Shown piece after piece: positions 1 through 519 of a DNA stretch of 519 nt; position 1 is the first letter of the stretch, and each line of letters starts with the position of its first letter. Made by a program: the position numbers and the translations under genes. The notes under the pieces were generated by a model that saw nothing but the letters and a program-made list of their open reading frames with translations, had not been told where the DNA came from and searched no databases. The stretch is from a phage. The stretch lies in the sequence record L26366.1. One strand, given 5' to 3'.

Positions 1-80
1 GACAGTGAGTCACCACACTGAAAGGTGATGCGGTCTAACGAAACCTGACCTAAGACGCTCTTTAACAATCTGGTAAATAG

Positions 81-114
81 TTCTTGAATGCATGACTAGC
101 GGATAATTCAAGGA
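81..114 (+). ncRNA. RNA stem-loop in the early-transcript leader, candidate upper stem of an R0.3-like RNase III processing site
   Basis: Seen in sequence: 81-89 (TTCTTGAAT) pairs with 106-114 (ATTCAAGGA), giving 9 contiguous pairs (89-106 U-A, 88-107 A-U, 87-108 A-U, 86-109 G-C, 85-110 U-A, 84-111 U-A, 83-112 C-G, 82-113 U-G wobble, 81-114 U-A) around a 16-nt loop (90-105). Established knowledge: T7 has an RNase III site (R0.3) about 35 nt upstream of the gene 0.3 start, which maps to roughly window 134 by recalled coordinates. I could not trace the lower stem or the exact cleavage position by eye. Confidence 0.5.
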
Positions 115-155
115 TATCGCAAGGTGCCCTTTATGATATTCACTAATAACTGCAC

Positions 156-160
156 GAGGT
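156..160 (+). promoter_or_regulatory. Shine-Dalgarno sequence (GAGGT) for ocr
   Basis: Seen in sequence: GAGGT at 156-160, 8 nt upstream of the ATG at 169, complementary to the 3' end of 16S rRNA. This matches the well-studied T7 gene 0.3 translation initiation region. Confidence 0.8.
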
Positions 161-168
161 AACACAAG

Positions 169-519
169 ATGGCTATGTCTAACATGACTTACAACAACGT
201 TTTCGATCACGCTTACGAAATGCTGAAAGAAAATATCCGTTATGATGACATCCGTGACACTGATGACCTGCACGATGCTATTCACATGACTGCCGATAAT
301 GCAGTTCCGCACTACTACGCTGACATCTTTAGCGTAATGGCAAGTGAGGGCATTGACCTTGAGTTCGAAGACTCTGGTCTGATGCCTAACACCAAGGACG
401 TAATCCGCATCCTGCAAGCGCGTATCTATGAGCAATTAACGATTGACCTCTGGGAAGACGCAGAAGACTTGCTCAATGAATACTTGGAGGAAGTCGAGGA
501 GTACGAGGAGGATGAAGAG
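169..519 (+). CDS. ocr: Ocr (gene 0.3 protein; overcome classical restriction), DNA-mimic inhibitor of type I restriction-modification and BREX; all 117 sense codons present, stop codon just beyond the window (3'-partial by the stop only)
   Basis: Seen in sequence: ATG at 169 with SD 8 nt upstream; frame open to the window end; translation [117 protein letters not shown]. It is very acidic (16 Asp + 17 Glu of 117, versus 6 Lys/Arg) with an acidic C-terminal tail. Established knowledge: this is near-identical to the T7 Ocr sequence as I recall it (117 aa, same N-terminus [10 protein letters not shown] and C-terminus EEYEEDEE). Confidence 0.95.
   Translation, partial: MAMSNMTYNNVFDHAYEMLKENIRYDDIRDTDDLHDAIHMTADNAVPHYYADIFSVMASEGIDLEFEDSGLMPNTKDVIRILQARIYEQLTIDLWEDAEDLLNEYLEEVEEYEEDEE

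Larger units (their letters stand above)
1..168 (+). other. Untranslated leader of the phage early (class I) transcript upstream of gene 0.3; by recalled T7 organisation the window begins just downstream of the A3 host-RNAP promoter start site
   Basis: Seen in sequence: no plausible + strand ORF with a ribosome-binding site before 169; an in-frame TAA at 160-162 closes the ocr reading frame upstream, so 169 is the first ATG of that frame. Established knowledge (from memory): in T7 the host-polymerase promoters A1/A2/A3 and the R0.3 site precede gene 0.3, and the first ~60 nt of this window match my recollection of the sequence immediately after the A3 start. No promoter is visible inside the window. 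Confidence 0.6.

Noticed and set aside
119-127. Small hairpin GCA-AGG-TGC
   Set aside because: Only 3 bp with a 3-nt loop, which is too weak to be meaningful alone. It may be part of the internal-loop region of the larger processing site.
61-140. Sigma70-like hexamers inside the window (for example TTGAAT at 84-89, GATAAT at 102-107, TATGAT at 132-137)
   Set aside because: No pair has both a good -35 and -10 match at 16-18 bp spacing (TTGAAT to GATAAT is only 12 nt apart). These motifs sit inside the stem-loop and leader, and the known promoters for this gene (A1-A3) lie upstream of the window. Likely AT-rich chance matches.
1-168. Possible small upstream ORF or leader peptide in the 5' region
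   Set aside because: There is no ATG with an appropriately spaced Shine-Dalgarno before 169 on the + strand. The short ATG-initiated frames (for example at 89-91 and 134-136) lack ribosome-binding sites and lie within the predicted RNA structure.
10-435. The 141-aa minus-strand ORF from the supplied six-frame track ([16 protein letters not shown]...)
   Set aside because: It lies antisense to the confidently identified ocr gene and to its upstream leader. It has no convincing ribosome-binding site, and I do not recognise its translation. The true + strand gene is absent from the track only because its stop codon is outside the window. Treated as a chance antisense shadow ORF.
1-519. Possibility that the window holds a previously undescribed defence or anti-defence system
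   Set aside because: The whole window is accounted for by the early leader and ocr of a T7-like phage, both well characterised. There is no unexplained ORF, repeat array or RNA gene. Any novelty is limited to allelic variation.
481-519. GAG/GAA-rich tract as a tandem repeat, microsatellite or CRISPR-like repeat
   Set aside because: It is in frame within ocr and encodes the conserved acidic C-terminal tail ([11 protein letters not shown]). It is codon-level low complexity, not a repeat element, and there are no spacer/repeat units.

Overview
This window is the left-end early region of a T7-like podophage (Teseptimavirus-type), read on the + strand. Positions 1-168 are untranslated early-transcript leader containing a 9-bp stem-loop (81-114) at the expected place of the R0.3 RNase III processing site, followed by a Shine-Dalgarno GAGGT (156-160). 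Positions 169-519 encode, in full, the 117-codon gene 0.3 protein Ocr, the classic DNA-mimic anti-restriction protein; the window ends exactly on the last sense codon, so the stop codon lies just outside. The only ORF on the supplied track (minus strand 10-435) is a spurious antisense shadow of ocr; the real gene is missing from the track only because it has no in-window stop. I see no evidence of a previously undescribed system: this is a well-characterised anti-defence gene. What merits a second look is how this copy differs from canonical T7 as I recall it: two amino-acid changes, and two apparently compensatory base-pair swaps in the upstream stem. All comparisons to T7 are from memory and need an alignment to confirm.
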